NCBI GenBank assembly: GCA_022605425.2
Contig: JAKIMF020000001.1
Location: 124,001 to 188,000, forward strand
DNA length: 64,000 nucleotides
Direction of reading: 5' to 3'
Origin: Hamiltosporidium tvaerminnensis FI-OER-3-3
Taxonomy: Eukaryota > Fungi > Microsporidia
In this document: one piece after another, positions 30,001 through 43,142 of the stretch
Layout of the letters: the number at the start of each line of letters is the position of its first letter
How positions within the stretch are numbered: position 1 is the stretch's first letter
The notes under the pieces: generated by a model
What the model saw: only the letters and a program-made list of their open reading frames with translations
Databases searched by the model: none
Told to the model about the DNA's origin: nothing
Program-made: the position numbers and the translations under genes

Positions 30001-33000
30001 TGCATTCTATAAGAATTAAATATTTTAGATGTGCTATAAAAAAACGAATCTTATGCATATCATACGCTAAATTTGAGTGTGGATTTGAATTTTCTCAAAT
30101 CAAATAGAATAATTCTAGTCAGAAAATTCTAAAAATTAAATATAAATTTCTAGCCAAATATATAATCTTCAGATTTTGATTACATCTCTAAAATTAACTT
30201 ATATTCTTCGCAAGATGTAATATTTAACCCAAAAAAAATTGCTGATAAAGTAAAATTTTACGTTTTAAATTTTTTATAACATTTATTCCCTCAACTTATT
30301 ATTCTAGTCTCAAAGATAGATGATTTTCGCTATATTCTGTCGACAAATCATAATTTCAACAAAACAGAACTGAAATTTCTTATAGAACAATTTTAGTTTT
30401 TTATATAATTACTAATAATAAGGTGCTCGATACGTATGAAGTGATTGAGACAGGGTATATCGTAAAAAAAGAAAGAATCGGATGTTAATTATATGGATTT
30501 TAAAAACTAAAACAGATTTTTTAAATCGTAGGTTTGATTGTTAATTTTGTCTACATATATTGGGTATTTTACCATGATTTTATTCTTAAGCGATGTTTTT
30601 CTTATGAGAGAAGCTAGGCTTATATCATTCCTAATAGTGTGACCGGGCGCAGATTTTATTTTCATTTCTGACATTATCATCATATAACTAGAATTTACTA
30701 ATCCTAGCATGTACTTTAATTAATGTTTGAAAAATTTAGTTTGTTAAAACAATTTCGAATTAAATAGAAATCAAATTGAAAATTTATTGAATTATGTTTA
30801 TTAAATGACAATTATTTTAATATTGCTTTCATTTTTTCTGTGATTTAATTTTTAGGACATTTAAGAGTTAAAGTGAATAGATTTTCATTGGTTTTCATGA
30901 ATCAATTTATTTTAAAAAATTGACACTTTTTTTATTGTTTAATGTAAGTTAATATGTTTTAGTATAGATTTATAATTAGCTTTCATTTTTGAATATTTTG
31001 TAAATTTCTGTTTTTATATATATTGTTGTGCTTTTAGAGTTTGGGTTTATATTCCGTCACCCTATATAATTTAAAATCAATGATGGATTTTTTTTTAAAA
31101 AAATCATCTTTGTGCTCTATATGTAATGCTAGTATAAGAGTATTTTGTGCGTTTTTATTTTTTTTCAAAATTTACAAAGGTTTTTTTTGTTTTGATTATT
31201 ACATTTAGCCTTGATTTTGTTTTTATTACAAATCAATCTTAGAATTTTTGGTGCCGGATAATAATATAGATCAAAATTATGCCTTGATTATGTGATTTTA
31301 CAAATTCTTGGGATTAAATTATGGCAGTGTGTGAATTTAATTTCAGAAAATTGATTGAAAAAAATTTATAAGATTTTAGCTTTAAAAAAATGCGTTTATT
31401 CATTGCACATTTATCTTTAATATTAATCTCGTGTAAATTTCTAAAACATTTTTTAAGAACCACTTTCTATTTTCAGAATTTTTATTAAATCTAGTTTAAA
31501 ATAAGAGGTATGAAAGAATAGGGTTTTAATTCGAATCTCTTTGAGTTCTGCTTGTGAATCAAATTTCAATGTACAGATAAGAATTTCTATATAATAAAAC
31601 AAGATGTTTGATTAAAACTTAAATTTATATTATTTTAAAAATGGGTTTAATTCCAATAAAATTAGATTGCGACATTGTTTCGAATCTATCGTAGTTTCGT
31701 TTTCTGTTGCGTTTTTTTTCTCTTGACAAATCTGAATAAAAACCAAAGAGCTAATTAAGTAGAAAACTGCAGTTCAACTTATTTTCATATAGGTTTTTTA
31801 AGCAGGCAACTAAAAACCTTCGGAAGAAATAAAATAAGAGGGCTAGAAATATCTAAGCTCTTTGCGCATTCAAATAGCTTATATCTAGCCCAATCCGGCT
31901 TTTAAATCGCTCAATTTTACCAAATGCTAGCTCGATTTCCAGAAAAAAATGTTTTATCTATATTTTTTGGAGAAATATTTTTATCCGAAATATTGTATTA
32001 AATATCTTAATCGCGAGGTGTAAACTTTTCAATCTGAAGCCGTCAGGTTTTTTATACCATAAATTTTACTGTATTAGGTATTTTATACAACTTTACATCT
32101 AAAAATATGATTTTTATTTTTTCATATAGTGGCATATATAAAAATTGGAGTTCTGGCTTAAACACCCGAGAGATTTTCATATTTTACGCAAATATAGCTT
32201 TTATTGACGCTGATTTTCATTCCTATATTTTTTACTTAGGAGTTTATTCGCTTTTACAAGGATACTTTTTTAGAAAACAACTATGAAAAATCCTAACCGT
32301 ATGTACACTTTATACTCAACAAATATGAACTTGTTGCTAGTTCTTTTTTAAAAAGAGAAACTTTATATGTGCTGACTCGATGTTATTTGTTTAGGTTTAA
32401 GCGCCAATAATAAAAAATACAACTTAGATAAAGGTGATTATATTTGAGAGAACTATTATTTTATAAATAATTAGCAAATTAGATTTTCATGGTTATTACA
32501 TAGCAAGACTTTTTATTAAATTTATCGTGAAAATTGCTTACTTTTCGTTTTAGTTAGTGTTTCTCGCTTCTTTTAAAATTTATAGTTTGATTTCTAGGAG
32601 CGACTATTCATTTTATGTAAAAATCTAAACTTATAGGTTGTTAGTGGCGTTCTATTTATGTGCCTCTATCATATATAATTTTTTTTGGTAAAATCACATA
32701 TTTCATTTAAACGCATGCCAATCATTATTAGATTGAGCTAAAGTACAACTTTTCATTTGTCAATATCAGATTTTAAAAAATCGATCACATCGGGATGTGT
32801 CCGGATGAAAGATTACGGTTTTGCTGTCTTCCCGATCCTGGTTGCCAGAACCTAGGCCTTAAAGAGTAAAGAATAATCTAAAATACTCTGTTTTCCATGT
32901 TCTTTCAAGGTCAAAGCTTAATGTAAAAAGTAAATTGAAGATCTTCGAAATGTAAGATCGTAATGATATTTCTTCAAAAATATGTTATCATTAATTTTCA

Positions 33001-35989
33001 GAAAATTATTTATTTCTGAATATATTTTAAGTTCTTTTAACGATGTATATGCACCATGTACCTTCTCTAAATAGGGTTAGGCAGAAAAATCAAAACATGT
33101 TAGAACCAGTGTAAATAAAAGTTATAGTTGCCTGGTCTTTTTGTTTTCTATGAATATATTTTTTATGTCTTTCATAAATACTTTTGAATAAGGTTAAAAT
33201 CGAGCAAAATAATTTGGTTTAAGTTTGACTTGATTAAATATGTATGTTTATCAACATATAGGCTTCATGTTTTCGAAAGCAAAGGTACATATCGTACACA
33301 ATTTACTTGTTGTATAGGCAGTCTTAGGCTCAGCGTAAATTTAAAAGCATTTTATGGTTTTTGGTAGACTCTACAATAATTTCAATTTTGAAATGAATAT
33401 TCTTTAAACAATTTTGGTCGTACACATTTAGAGTTTTATAAGCAGATAATATGTAATTCGCAGAACCTTAACGTCTAATTTCTTAATTAAAAAACATTAT
33501 GTCGTAATTTATATTTGCTTACAGATATTAATCGAAGATATCAATTTCTAATATAATAAAGAAATTTAGAAAATTCTAAGAGCTTTGAGATAAAAATAAA
33601 AATACATCGATTTTTAACGGCTTATCATTGTGAATAAATTTATATTATGTAGAAAACCAGCATTATAATGAATATTATTCTTTTATGTGTTTTAAGCAGA
33701 TTTTAAAATATATGGGCTAGAATTATCGTTTCTACATGCTTCTTTGCATTTTTTAAATGAAAAGTTAAATTTTATCTTAGTAATTCATTTGTTCAGATTG
33801 CCGCTATTATGTTAATTTCATATTAGATCAAATAATTAAATAATGGCATTACTCTTCTACATCTGATATAGAAGATAACAGCTAATTTTTAATATATAGA
33901 TTCAATCAAGCATTCATTTTTCTCATAACTTCACAGAATAATTTGTTTGTTCAGTTTTAGTTAAATCATACAATTTTATTATTTGTGTTTCGACGGAAAA
34001 GTGGTTGATCTCGTTTTTATGAGCTGTGGAAAGAGAATCTTTGATCCCCGGTAACATTTTTGGTTTACGTTTTTATCTTTGCAATTATTTTTATCTGGTT
34101 TTTTAACTGTAGTGTTCTCATTACAGTAAAAAATTTATGATGTATGGCCATTACTAGTGTTTAAAACTTTAGGCAGATTCTTAGTATTATATGGAATAAA
34201 TACAGTAAAATAATTTCGTATTTTCAGATGAATCGGTTTTTTTAAGCTTAAAAAACTTTTTTTATACTTCATTCATAGATGTTATTTTCAAGAACTCATT
34301 ACGTTTAATCTCGCTTTCTGTAAAAAAATAAATCTTGACAACACAGCTTTGTATGATAGTATAATGCTTGACTTCAATACCGCTTTTTTGCATAATTTTA
34401 TCAGAGATTTTAACTTGTAAATATACAAGTCTTCTAAATTCTAAATTTCAGTACTTCATTGTCTCAGTCAATTTATATACGTCAAAATATGATTTGGAGT
34501 TAAATCTATTCAAATGTATATTATTTTTCAAATACGCTTTCATTATATAACTTAAAGCCTAACTTCAATAATATTATCGCAGGGTATTGAAATCTTTGTT
34601 CTTGATGCCAGTGACTGTTTTTTTAATGAAAAATTTAGACGAATAAAACACAGCAATTCTATTTTATATTGAGAAACGCTTTGATTGGTACGAGCTATGC
34701 GGCATACATTTATAAATATACCTAATCGATCTAGTTGAATGAAAATGGGTTTCAATTAAGGCATTTTTCAACAATAATAAGGCGCAGGAAATCCGGAATA
34801 GGCTTAACGTTCCAAACTTAATAGAGAATAATATATTATAAGATATAAATTGCAAAATCTTAAAAAATATAGATTTTTATGGCTTAACTAATATCAATGA
34901 TGGCATTTGAACTAAATAGTTTGAAATATAATGAAAATTTAAGGATTTATATACAAAAAGAAGATGATTATCCAAAATAAGGCTCTAATATTTAAATGCA
35001 GCCCGAATCGTAAAATAGCTTTTATTTTTTCTAAATATATACAAGCTAGTAACTAGAAAATCTGATATGTGAAAAAAATATAGACTTTAAAAAGATAGAA
35101 AACCATTCACCTTTGTGAAATTATTACAATTAATTTGCTTCTGATTTCCTTTATGAAGGAAATAAATTTCAAATGCATTTTTCTGATGGTAATTTTTTGT
35201 ATGCTTGAGAAAATATATGTGCGTTTACAAGTTATTTTTTTGAAAAGATTATAAATTAAACATGTATTATTGTACAGGATTGATGTATTGTTGAAGTAAG
35301 AAACGCTATATTTGCATAGGAAAAACAATATAAATATTTTAAATGCGGATATCTTGAAAAAGCATTTCTGTCATAAGCTACGGAAAAGTAAATATGATCT
35401 TTTCTGCACAAATTAATATAATGAACCGACCTATCTTATAATATAAGTTATTCTTAAAACTAATTCGGATTTTACGGACACCTCAATAGCTTTCTTGAAT
35501 GCAATTAAAGGTTTTCCAGTTTATATGAAAACAAAATTGCGTTTAAATGTAAAAAAACGACTGAACGGATATGAATTTATAAAAATCGCGAATTCTAAAG
35601 CGGATATATCCGTCAGTCCGAAAATTAAAATATTCTATTTGATTTTGTAGAATAGAATACCACCAAATATGTAAATTGTGATTTTTTTTTATAGATATAA
35701 AGTCTTTCTTATAATTGTTTGTTTCAATTAAGGGACTATTAGAAAAAATAAGCATATGATCAATTTAATTCATTAGATTCTTGGTAAAAAATATTATAAG
35801 TTATTTTTTTAATATCATTTCATATTTTTCAACATCATTTCATCTTTTCTTAGCAAAGCACATCATATTTATTATCCGTTTCGGTTGATAGAATTATAGG
35901 TACGGCTATTTTTTTAGTCAGATTTACACAGCTGTTGTCGTTATTTGCATGTCTCGTAATGAACTATTAGTTCTTGCTCCATTCGTTTC

Positions 35990-37300
35990 ATTGTATAGCA
36001 TACTTTGATGCTCTCTCTAGGCCTTTTTTGTGATTTAGTACCAGCGCAAGTATTTTTGCGATTGAACGGTATTATTCGCGCTTCAGTTTGATATTGAATT
36101 GCATTATTTCTTTTTGTTTGTGTGTATTTCGAAACTTTTAAGATATATCTTATTGTGTTTTGTCATAATGGCACTCTAAGTTATCATATAGGAATGGTTT
36201 CGACTTTACATTTATATATAAAACTTGATTCATGGATCAACGCATCATATTTACTATGTTTTCTCATATTACCTTCTGCGAAACCTAAGTCAATTGATTC
36301 TGGTGAAGGAATGTAATATTTACTTAACTCTTACATAAAATAATTATTCGGGTCTAATATTCTGAATTTCGTAATGAGTTTTAATCTATTTATATTCTTA
36401 TATACTTGCAAATATGTTTTTAGGAACTTTTAGAAAAGAATATCTCATAGTTCTTTTGTAAAGTTTGAAGTGTTTCTATTATAGTGGTGAAAATAAAGTA
36501 TCAATCATTTTATTATGTCTTCTGGTGTATTTGTGTGGCAGAATTTTCTAATGTTGGCCACTAATTGTGTTGCCTTATAAACAGATTACAGCGTTCACAC
36601 TTTCCATCGGCTGATCATTTTTCGTTTTTGTCCTATTAATGATAATTTGTTGTCGTTTATAACAATCGTTTCTACATATCTAAGCTATTTAGGATTATCT
36701 AGCTCTACAGTAACGGAAACCAGTCTAATATTTTTAGCCTTAAATAGCTCTATATTGGTTTCGAATTTTTTCTTTTTGATTCCTTTTTCAAGCTTATATT
36801 GGAGTTTAGGAAATTTTTACAATTCACGAAAAATAATATTATGCACTACTTTTAGGAACTGCTGCACCTATGGTTGAAAGTTCATTGTTTTTTGGAAACA
36901 ATTTACTATTTAAAAGGCATATGATTAATTTACATCTCGTGGTCGTGAATTTATCTTCGGACTCTGATATAGGCAGGATACAGTCTTTTTACAAACATAT
37001 CTAGGGTAGTTTAATCATAGCTAGCAGTCCAGCATACATCATCTATCCTATTACACTTAGTTTTTATGTGTAGAAATATTCTGCCATGATGGTAAATTTG
37101 CGAATGCATATCATTATATTGTATTTAATTTGGTTTTAGAGTTTATAAGGGTTTGCATCGGCTTTCTTTCCTTTATATTGGAGTTGTGTTTGAATTACTT
37201 AAATATAATATCTGTTCAGTCTTGCTCTTCTGTTCATCCAAATTGCTTGTACAACCTATTGTTTATAATATTGTAGCATATTTAAAGGATATTTCAGTCT
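35990..37300 (-). mobile_element. Old, heavily decayed R4-clade (restriction-like endonuclease) non-LTR retrotransposon remnant (post-RT, zinc knuckle and RLE region)
   Basis: Minus-strand translation across frameshifts gives KCERC...KILPHKYTRRHNKMI (~36620-36500), IKTHYEIQNIRPE (~36400-36345) and KYDALIHESSFIYKCKVETIP (~36260-36190). These match the CCHC-YTRRHN / RPD / KYDLLANEL..YKC.VEIIP motif order of the better copy at 57.2-58.3 kb. Boundaries are approximate. Confidence 0.7.
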
Positions 37301-38850
37301 TTCGAGCTTTTCATTGATATCTTAGCATATAAACTTAAAAAACGTTTACCTTATGCGTCTTGGGTGCATTATTTAAGTATCTTCTGCGCGAGGCTCAATA
37401 TAATCACAATATGCGATGATGGTTAAATTATATATCAGCTCTTTTTCTATTACTATATTCGCTTACTAAATTAAAGCTTTTTGCTCATTCGATTTGCATT
37501 AAGGACAAATAAAAACAGTAAAAGCCAACATATAGTATTTTTTTATAAATTTTTGGTTGTAGTGTAGGAAATTTAGTAGTTATCTAGCTTTTTCTTTATG
37601 ATATTTCGTCTCGATAAACTAAAAAAAATGCCAGGTACGGTTTTTTAACGGATAATAATTGCTAACCGAAATCATAAATATGTTTTTTCAACGTAATTCA
37701 TGTAAACGGAAGATCTCTAAACCAAGAGCCGCTTACGATTTTTTTTTGAACTGTGGTTTTAATATGAAAATACAAAAAATTATAGAATGAAAATTACGAT
37801 TTTAGATAGTTTTATTCTGAATTCGTAGTACAAGAAAAATTAATCGGTTTTCAACATTTTTACAAACCATAAATCCTATTTTTTTAATATTTTCTACAAA
37901 AAACGAAATTAAACAACAAAAAATGTGTGGTACAATTGAATTCAATGATATTAAAAGTAGAAATACTTATTACTGGATCTAAAAATTTAAAGTCTAATTT
38001 ACTTGTATAAATGATAAAAACAAGACAATTGCTATATGTTATCTAGATATGAAGATATTTTTTGATATTTATTTTCGAGAATATTTGTTCACATAGTTTG
38101 TTAACCCAAAATTCTAAAAACATTTCTCGAGAGGTTTATGAACAAAACTGAATTGAGGCTGGAGGGGTTCAATTAAAATTTTAGCCATTAATTTGAATTT
38201 TTTTAATGAAATATTGTCAGGCTACATTTTTATTTGTTTTAAACATCTGTGAGAAACTTTTAATTCATCTGAAAATATAAATAATAAAATTATAGAAATA
38301 ATATTCATGTGTTGGTATAAAACTTAATAAGTTCTTGAACCTGAAGACTTTTCAAATAAATTAATATGGCTCGCAGCATAAAAGATTTGGCGATATCTGA
38401 TTTAGATATCAATTGCCTCTATGATCGTATCTAAGAAATTTTTTCATAGGTCTGCATTTTAACTCAATGAACACAATTTACAGCTCTAATCTAGTTTCTA
38501 AGACAATGAGGTTTTCATCTAATTGTACGACTTTTATCTCATTTTTGTATATAACATGTACGGTTTTGAAGTACGAATAATAGCTTTATTGTCGTAACTT
38601 CAGAGAAACACGCCTTTGCGATCAGATAAACCAGACTGTTGTTAAATCATAAGGATTGATGTGGTTCTGTATCACATAATCGAATCAAACCTAAAATATA
38701 ATGTTTTAGCAATTAAAAGTTTAATATGTAAAACAAATAAACAATATCAACAACAGCTGCCCTTTTTATTGGGAAGCCAATGCATTATAGTAATAAATTC
38801 TTCAGACGAGAGAATTTGGCTCGATAATACCCCATAATTATGCTATACTA

Positions 38851-38899
38851 TAAGGATCGCCAAAGTTTTTGGCTCGCGGGCCGCGTTGACTTCAAAAAA
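38851..38899 (+). mobile_element. Possible terminal remnant of a hAT-family DNA transposon/MITE
   Basis: GC-rich island taaggatcgccaaagtttttggctcgcgggccgcgttgac resembles the typical hAT (Charlie/Buster-like) left end CAGGGGT..CAAACTTTT....GCGGGCCGC. No matching right end was found. Confidence 0.35.
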
Positions 38900-39829
38900 G
38901 TCTCGTCTCAAGAACTCTGAAGATTTTATTCTAAAAAACAGAATAATATTTCATCCTTTTAATTATTTTTATTTTTAAAGCAAATTTTTAAAGTTTCAAA
39001 TAGGTATAGGTGTTCATAAAAACAAACATGTATACTAACCATATTTCTGAATAATAGTGTTCAAATAAATTACCGAAATTTTATAAGAGTCTCCGGATCA
39101 CATAATTCTATCACGTTCATAACTTTTGCTTCTGATTATTTCCGCTTTGACATTAGCTGACTTAATGAACAAAAATTTTATAAAATGCAATACACGGAAT
39201 ATATTTACATATCTAAATTAACATTTAGCAATATCTAGTTATTAATAATTTATAGTAGTAAGTTTAACAAATTTTTGCGGATAATTTGGGCCAAATCTCA
39301 ACTACATCAATCTCATTTATGATAAATTATGCCACTATTTTTTTAAATTTCATTTTGATTTTTTGGCATGAATAGAAAAGAAAAATAAGATGTGGTTTAA
39401 AACATCTTAAGAGACGAATAGATATTTTTTCAAGTACGAATTCATAATAAAAATCATCGGTATCGTGGTTAAATTGTATAATATACGGAGAAGGCAATAT
39501 TTTTTCAGATTAAAAACACATCTCCGCTATAATAGAAAAATTTTGGACGAGTGGATGCAAGTAATTACTAAACGTCTAATGCAGACCAGATAAAATGTTT
39601 CTGTAGCCCGTGGTTTCGAGATTATTGTATGATATATCATTATACAACCATGTTCGATTTTTCTTGTTTCATAGTATAGACCAAAAACCCACAATTTTAT
39701 CACGATTAAACTATATGAACGAAAGTAATAGTCACTAATATTTTTCAAAAATATCGATTTTTTAAAGGCTCAAATGTACAATTTTAATTTTGATTTGTTC
39801 TTATATTCATATCGATTTATAAAAAAATC

Positions 39830-40547
39830 TTTATTTAAAAGTATCACATCCTTTTAAAACAATGGCAAGTGTTATCTTTGTTTTAATGATTTAACGAAGT
39901 TCTAAGTTTAACAAAATAACTGCTACCCAACACTCCATCGAAACCCCTACGATATCTAGGTTTTAAAGCCTTTCATTTACCAGGTGCATATAATCAAATT
40001 AATAGGCGAGGTGTCGGTTAATGTCCCTAATGTCCGTTGGATGAAGTGTGATCAAAGGCCGAAGCCCTCCTGGGCTCCCCCAAGACTATGCAGCATTCCC
40101 AATTACTCTACACTTTCTGAACCCAATAAACTTCTAGCTAAGATATATTTCAGTGACTTGCATGGGGTCCACCTAGACAGTGCAATGTCATACCAACAGG
40201 TATAACCTGCTACTTAGCTTTCCCGGCTTTTAATAGTTTTTATTTTTATATCTCCCAGGCGCTAAGTCTTCTAACCCGAGTGAGCAAGGCTAGGTTTCCA
40301 TGCTTTTACATGGCGATTACCTACATGTTCAGCTGCGGTCTTTGGTCACTTTACACAAAAAACTAAAAATATTTGTAGAAAAGGTTCCACCATTTCTTAG
40401 ACCTCCCCTCCTCATAACAACTCCCATGGAACAACCAAAGATGTAGTGTGGTTTTATTCCCACCAAAAATCCAAACAATGATCTCACACCAGTTTCACAC
40501 ACTCATTGCCAAGCAGAAAGTTTTTTATGTGGTTATCCTCCCTCCAC
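39830..40547 (-). mobile_element. ~720-bp structured SINE-like element, copy 1 (left arm of palindrome)
   Basis: Reverse complement starts GTGGAGGGAGGATAACCAC at 40547 and ends ...GATGTGATACTTTTAAATAAA at ~39830. Alignable along its full length to copies 2, 3 and 4. Confidence 0.92.
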
Positions 40548-40609
40548 TTCACACTTTATAATTCTCAAATAAAAATAATAATTTTTAATATAAAGGATCG
40601 ATAAGAAGA

Positions 40610-41339
40610 GTGGAGGGAGGATAACCACACAAAAAGCTTTCTGCTTGCAATGAGTGTATGAAACTTGTACGAAATCATTATTCGGATTTTTTTTCGGGGG
40701 GGGGGATTAAATTAAGCTACCCTTTCGATTGTTTCATGAGAGTTCGTAGGAGGAGGAGAGGTCTAAGAAATGGTGGAACCTTTTCTACAAATATTTTTAG
40801 TTTTTTGTGTAAAGTGACCAAAGACCGCAGCTGAACATGTAGGTAATCGCCATGTAAAAGCATGGAAACCTAGCCTTGCTCACTCGGGTTAGAAGACTTA
40901 GCGCCTAGGAGATATAAAAATAAAAACTATTAAAAGCCGGGAAAGCTAAGTAGCAGGTTATACCTGTTGGTATGACATTGCACTGTCTAGGTGGACCCCA
41001 TGCAAGTCACTGAAATATATCTTAGCTAGAAGTTTATTGGGTTCAGAAAGTGTAGAGTAATTGGGAATGCTGCATAGTCTTGGGGGAGCCCAGGAGGGGC
41101 TTCGGCCTTTGATCACACTTCATCCAACGGACATTAACGAACTCCGGGCAACTGCCTCGCCTATTAATTCGGTTCTACACACCTGGTAGATGAAAGACTT
41201 AGGACGTAGGTATCGCAGGGGTTACCGATGGAGTGTCAGGTAGCAGTCATTTATGTTAAACTAGAACTGCGTTAATGTCATAAAAACAAATATAACACTT
41301 GCCACTATTTTAAAAAGATGTGATAATTTTTAAATAAAA
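40610..41339 (+). mobile_element. ~720-bp structured SINE-like element, copy 2 (right arm of palindrome)
   Basis: Starts GTGGAGGGAGGATAACCAC at 40610 and ends GATGTGATAATTTTTAAATAAAA. It is followed by ataaagtgtgaa (41340-41351), which matches the 5' flank of copy 1. Confidence 0.92.
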
Positions 41340-41380
41340 ATAAAGTGTGAATAACAAATTAAGATAAATTCGAGGGTGCA

Positions 41381-43124
41381 TCAATTTATTTTAAATACTA
41401 TCCAATCTTTCAAAATCATACCAACAACTTTTTCTTTGGAATTTACATCCAAAGGATTTAAAAAATAATTTTTAAAAAAATCCTTAATAAATTCTTTAAA
41501 TCTGGTTCTTGTGATTTCTACAGTTTTTTCTTCAATCTTTTTAATATATTCTGCAATTCGGTCTCTATCTTTATCTGTGATTTCACATACAGAATAAATT
41601 TTACTACAAAATTCAGTACCTTTGATAGATTCGCTAAAATTCTCGAGTATTATTACCGAATCGAAATCACTATTTATGGTATTTAAAAGTTTCTTGATTT
41701 TCTCCAAAAATGCAAAAAGATTTCGTGTTTCGAAAGTAAAATCAGCGTTTTCAAAATGATCTTTTACCAAATTAAATATAACAATGTGAGTCAGGGTTAT
41801 TAAATTTTTCGAATGATTTTTTCCTCGATTTTTATCACCATTTTCCTTTTCAGTATTCATTTTAGTTTTCTTGATCGTATTTATCTTCTCATTGATTTTA
41901 TTTGTAGTTTCTTCTACAAATTCTTCGATAGAAGTTGTTTAAATTCAAAATACAATATATTATTGTGTTTTTTTGGTTTGATATTTTATTTGTATTTGTC
42001 TTAAAACTCTTTATAAAGTTCTCAAACTCTTTTTTCAATTTTTCTATGTTGTCAGCATCTTCTATCTGATTAATATTGGTTAAATCACTTTGAAAAATTC
42101 CTTTTTTAGGGCATGATATTGAGCTGTCTGGATTGACCCTTTCATCTGTTTCGTTCCATGCATTTATAATATTTTGATTATTTCCAAGACAAAAAAACCT
42201 ATTAAGAGGCATTTCAAGCATCTTTTTTGGACAGATATCAAAAAAATTTAATTCTTTGCGATAAAATTCACAATTTTTTAGATATTTTGAATTTTTAATC
42301 ACTTGAAAATTTAAATCTCTAAAAGGTAACCTGATAAAACTTTCCATTTTAGATTTTGATTTAAAAAAGGAATCTATGAAAGTATTCGAAAATAAGTCAA
42401 TTTCATATTTAAGTTTATCTTGATCATTATCCTGGAGAAATCTATAAAGATCTTCAAAATTTGGAAAACAACAGATTAAATCTCCAATTAAACGACTGAA
42501 ACCTTGAGCCAACAGATTTATTACAATGTGAAATTCGTCGGATTCATTATCTTTAATAGCAGCTTCAAAAGTTTTTTTCAGGTCAATTACAGTAGTATGT
42601 GTTTTTACTTTAGTAATAGATGAATTTATTGTATATTTATAAAAATCAGCCTGCGAAACAAAGTTATTATTAGAAGAAAATTCCAATAACTGATCAAAGA
42701 ACTGATTTCTTGTTTTATCGTTTTTATATTTCACCAAAAACAACCTCTTGCAGTGTATAATGTCCGTCCTGGCAAATGAAGCAACCATTTTGAAAAATTC
42801 TTCATGTTTCTGCTTGCTATCTGTTATTTTTTCACATTTTGATGCAATATTTTTCAACTTTGGCAATATTCTTTCCGTATATGTACGTTCATTTAAATAA
42901 CCATTAAATATTTCAGAAAAATAAATCGTTAATCGTTCCACATATAACTGGTTAAATACTCTTTTATATATCGAGGAGTCTTTATCATTATAAATCACAA
43001 TGTCTGGTATATGGTTTCGAGATTTTATTACTTCTATTTTCTTTGTTTCTTTCGATTTTTTATTATTTGATTTCACCGTTGAATAAATCAGTAAAAATAA
43101 AGTTAAAAAGCCAAATATTTTCAT
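41381..43124 (-). CDS. Lineage-specific predicted secreted protein (~580 aa if the ORFs 41898-43124 and 41381-41860 are joined across a frameshift near 41940)
   Basis: The 408-aa ORF has a signal-peptide-like N-terminus (MKIFGFLTLFLLIYSTVKS) and an AT-rich/TCC motif before the ATG. The frame of the 159-aa ORF stays open upstream (TTSIEEFVEETTNKINEKINTIKKTK-M) and overlaps the end of the first ORF. No recognisable domain. Confidence 0.75.
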
Positions 43125-43142
43125 TTCTAGGAATTAAATTTC
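43125..43142 (-). promoter_or_regulatory. Microsporidian-type CCC-like signal upstream of ATG
   Basis: Minus strand reads aaatttaatTCCtagaaATG. Confidence 0.4.

Larger units (their letters stand above)
39830..41339. repeat. ~1.5-kb imperfect inverted repeat (copies 1 and 2 head-to-head, ~60-bp AT-rich spacer)
   Basis: 40028-40405 is the reverse complement of 40758-41136 with only one substitution and one 1-bp indel. The inner and outer parts of the arms are visibly more diverged. Confidence 0.95.

Noticed and set aside
1696-39748. Numerous 60-101-aa ORFs in the ORF track
   Set aside because: They have the F/I/L/K/N-rich composition expected from random AT-rich DNA, often non-ATG starts, overlaps on opposite strands and no recognisable motifs. 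Some are antisense shadows of LINE fossils.
40610-41339. Element as a solo LTR, Helitron, MITE, group I/II intron, rRNA or telomerase RNA
   Set aside because: There are no TG...CA ends or 4-6-bp TSD, no 3' CTRR and no TIRs. I found no group II domain V, group I P7 or rRNA motifs. The CTAACCC on the minus strand is only 7 nt and is not conserved in copy 3.
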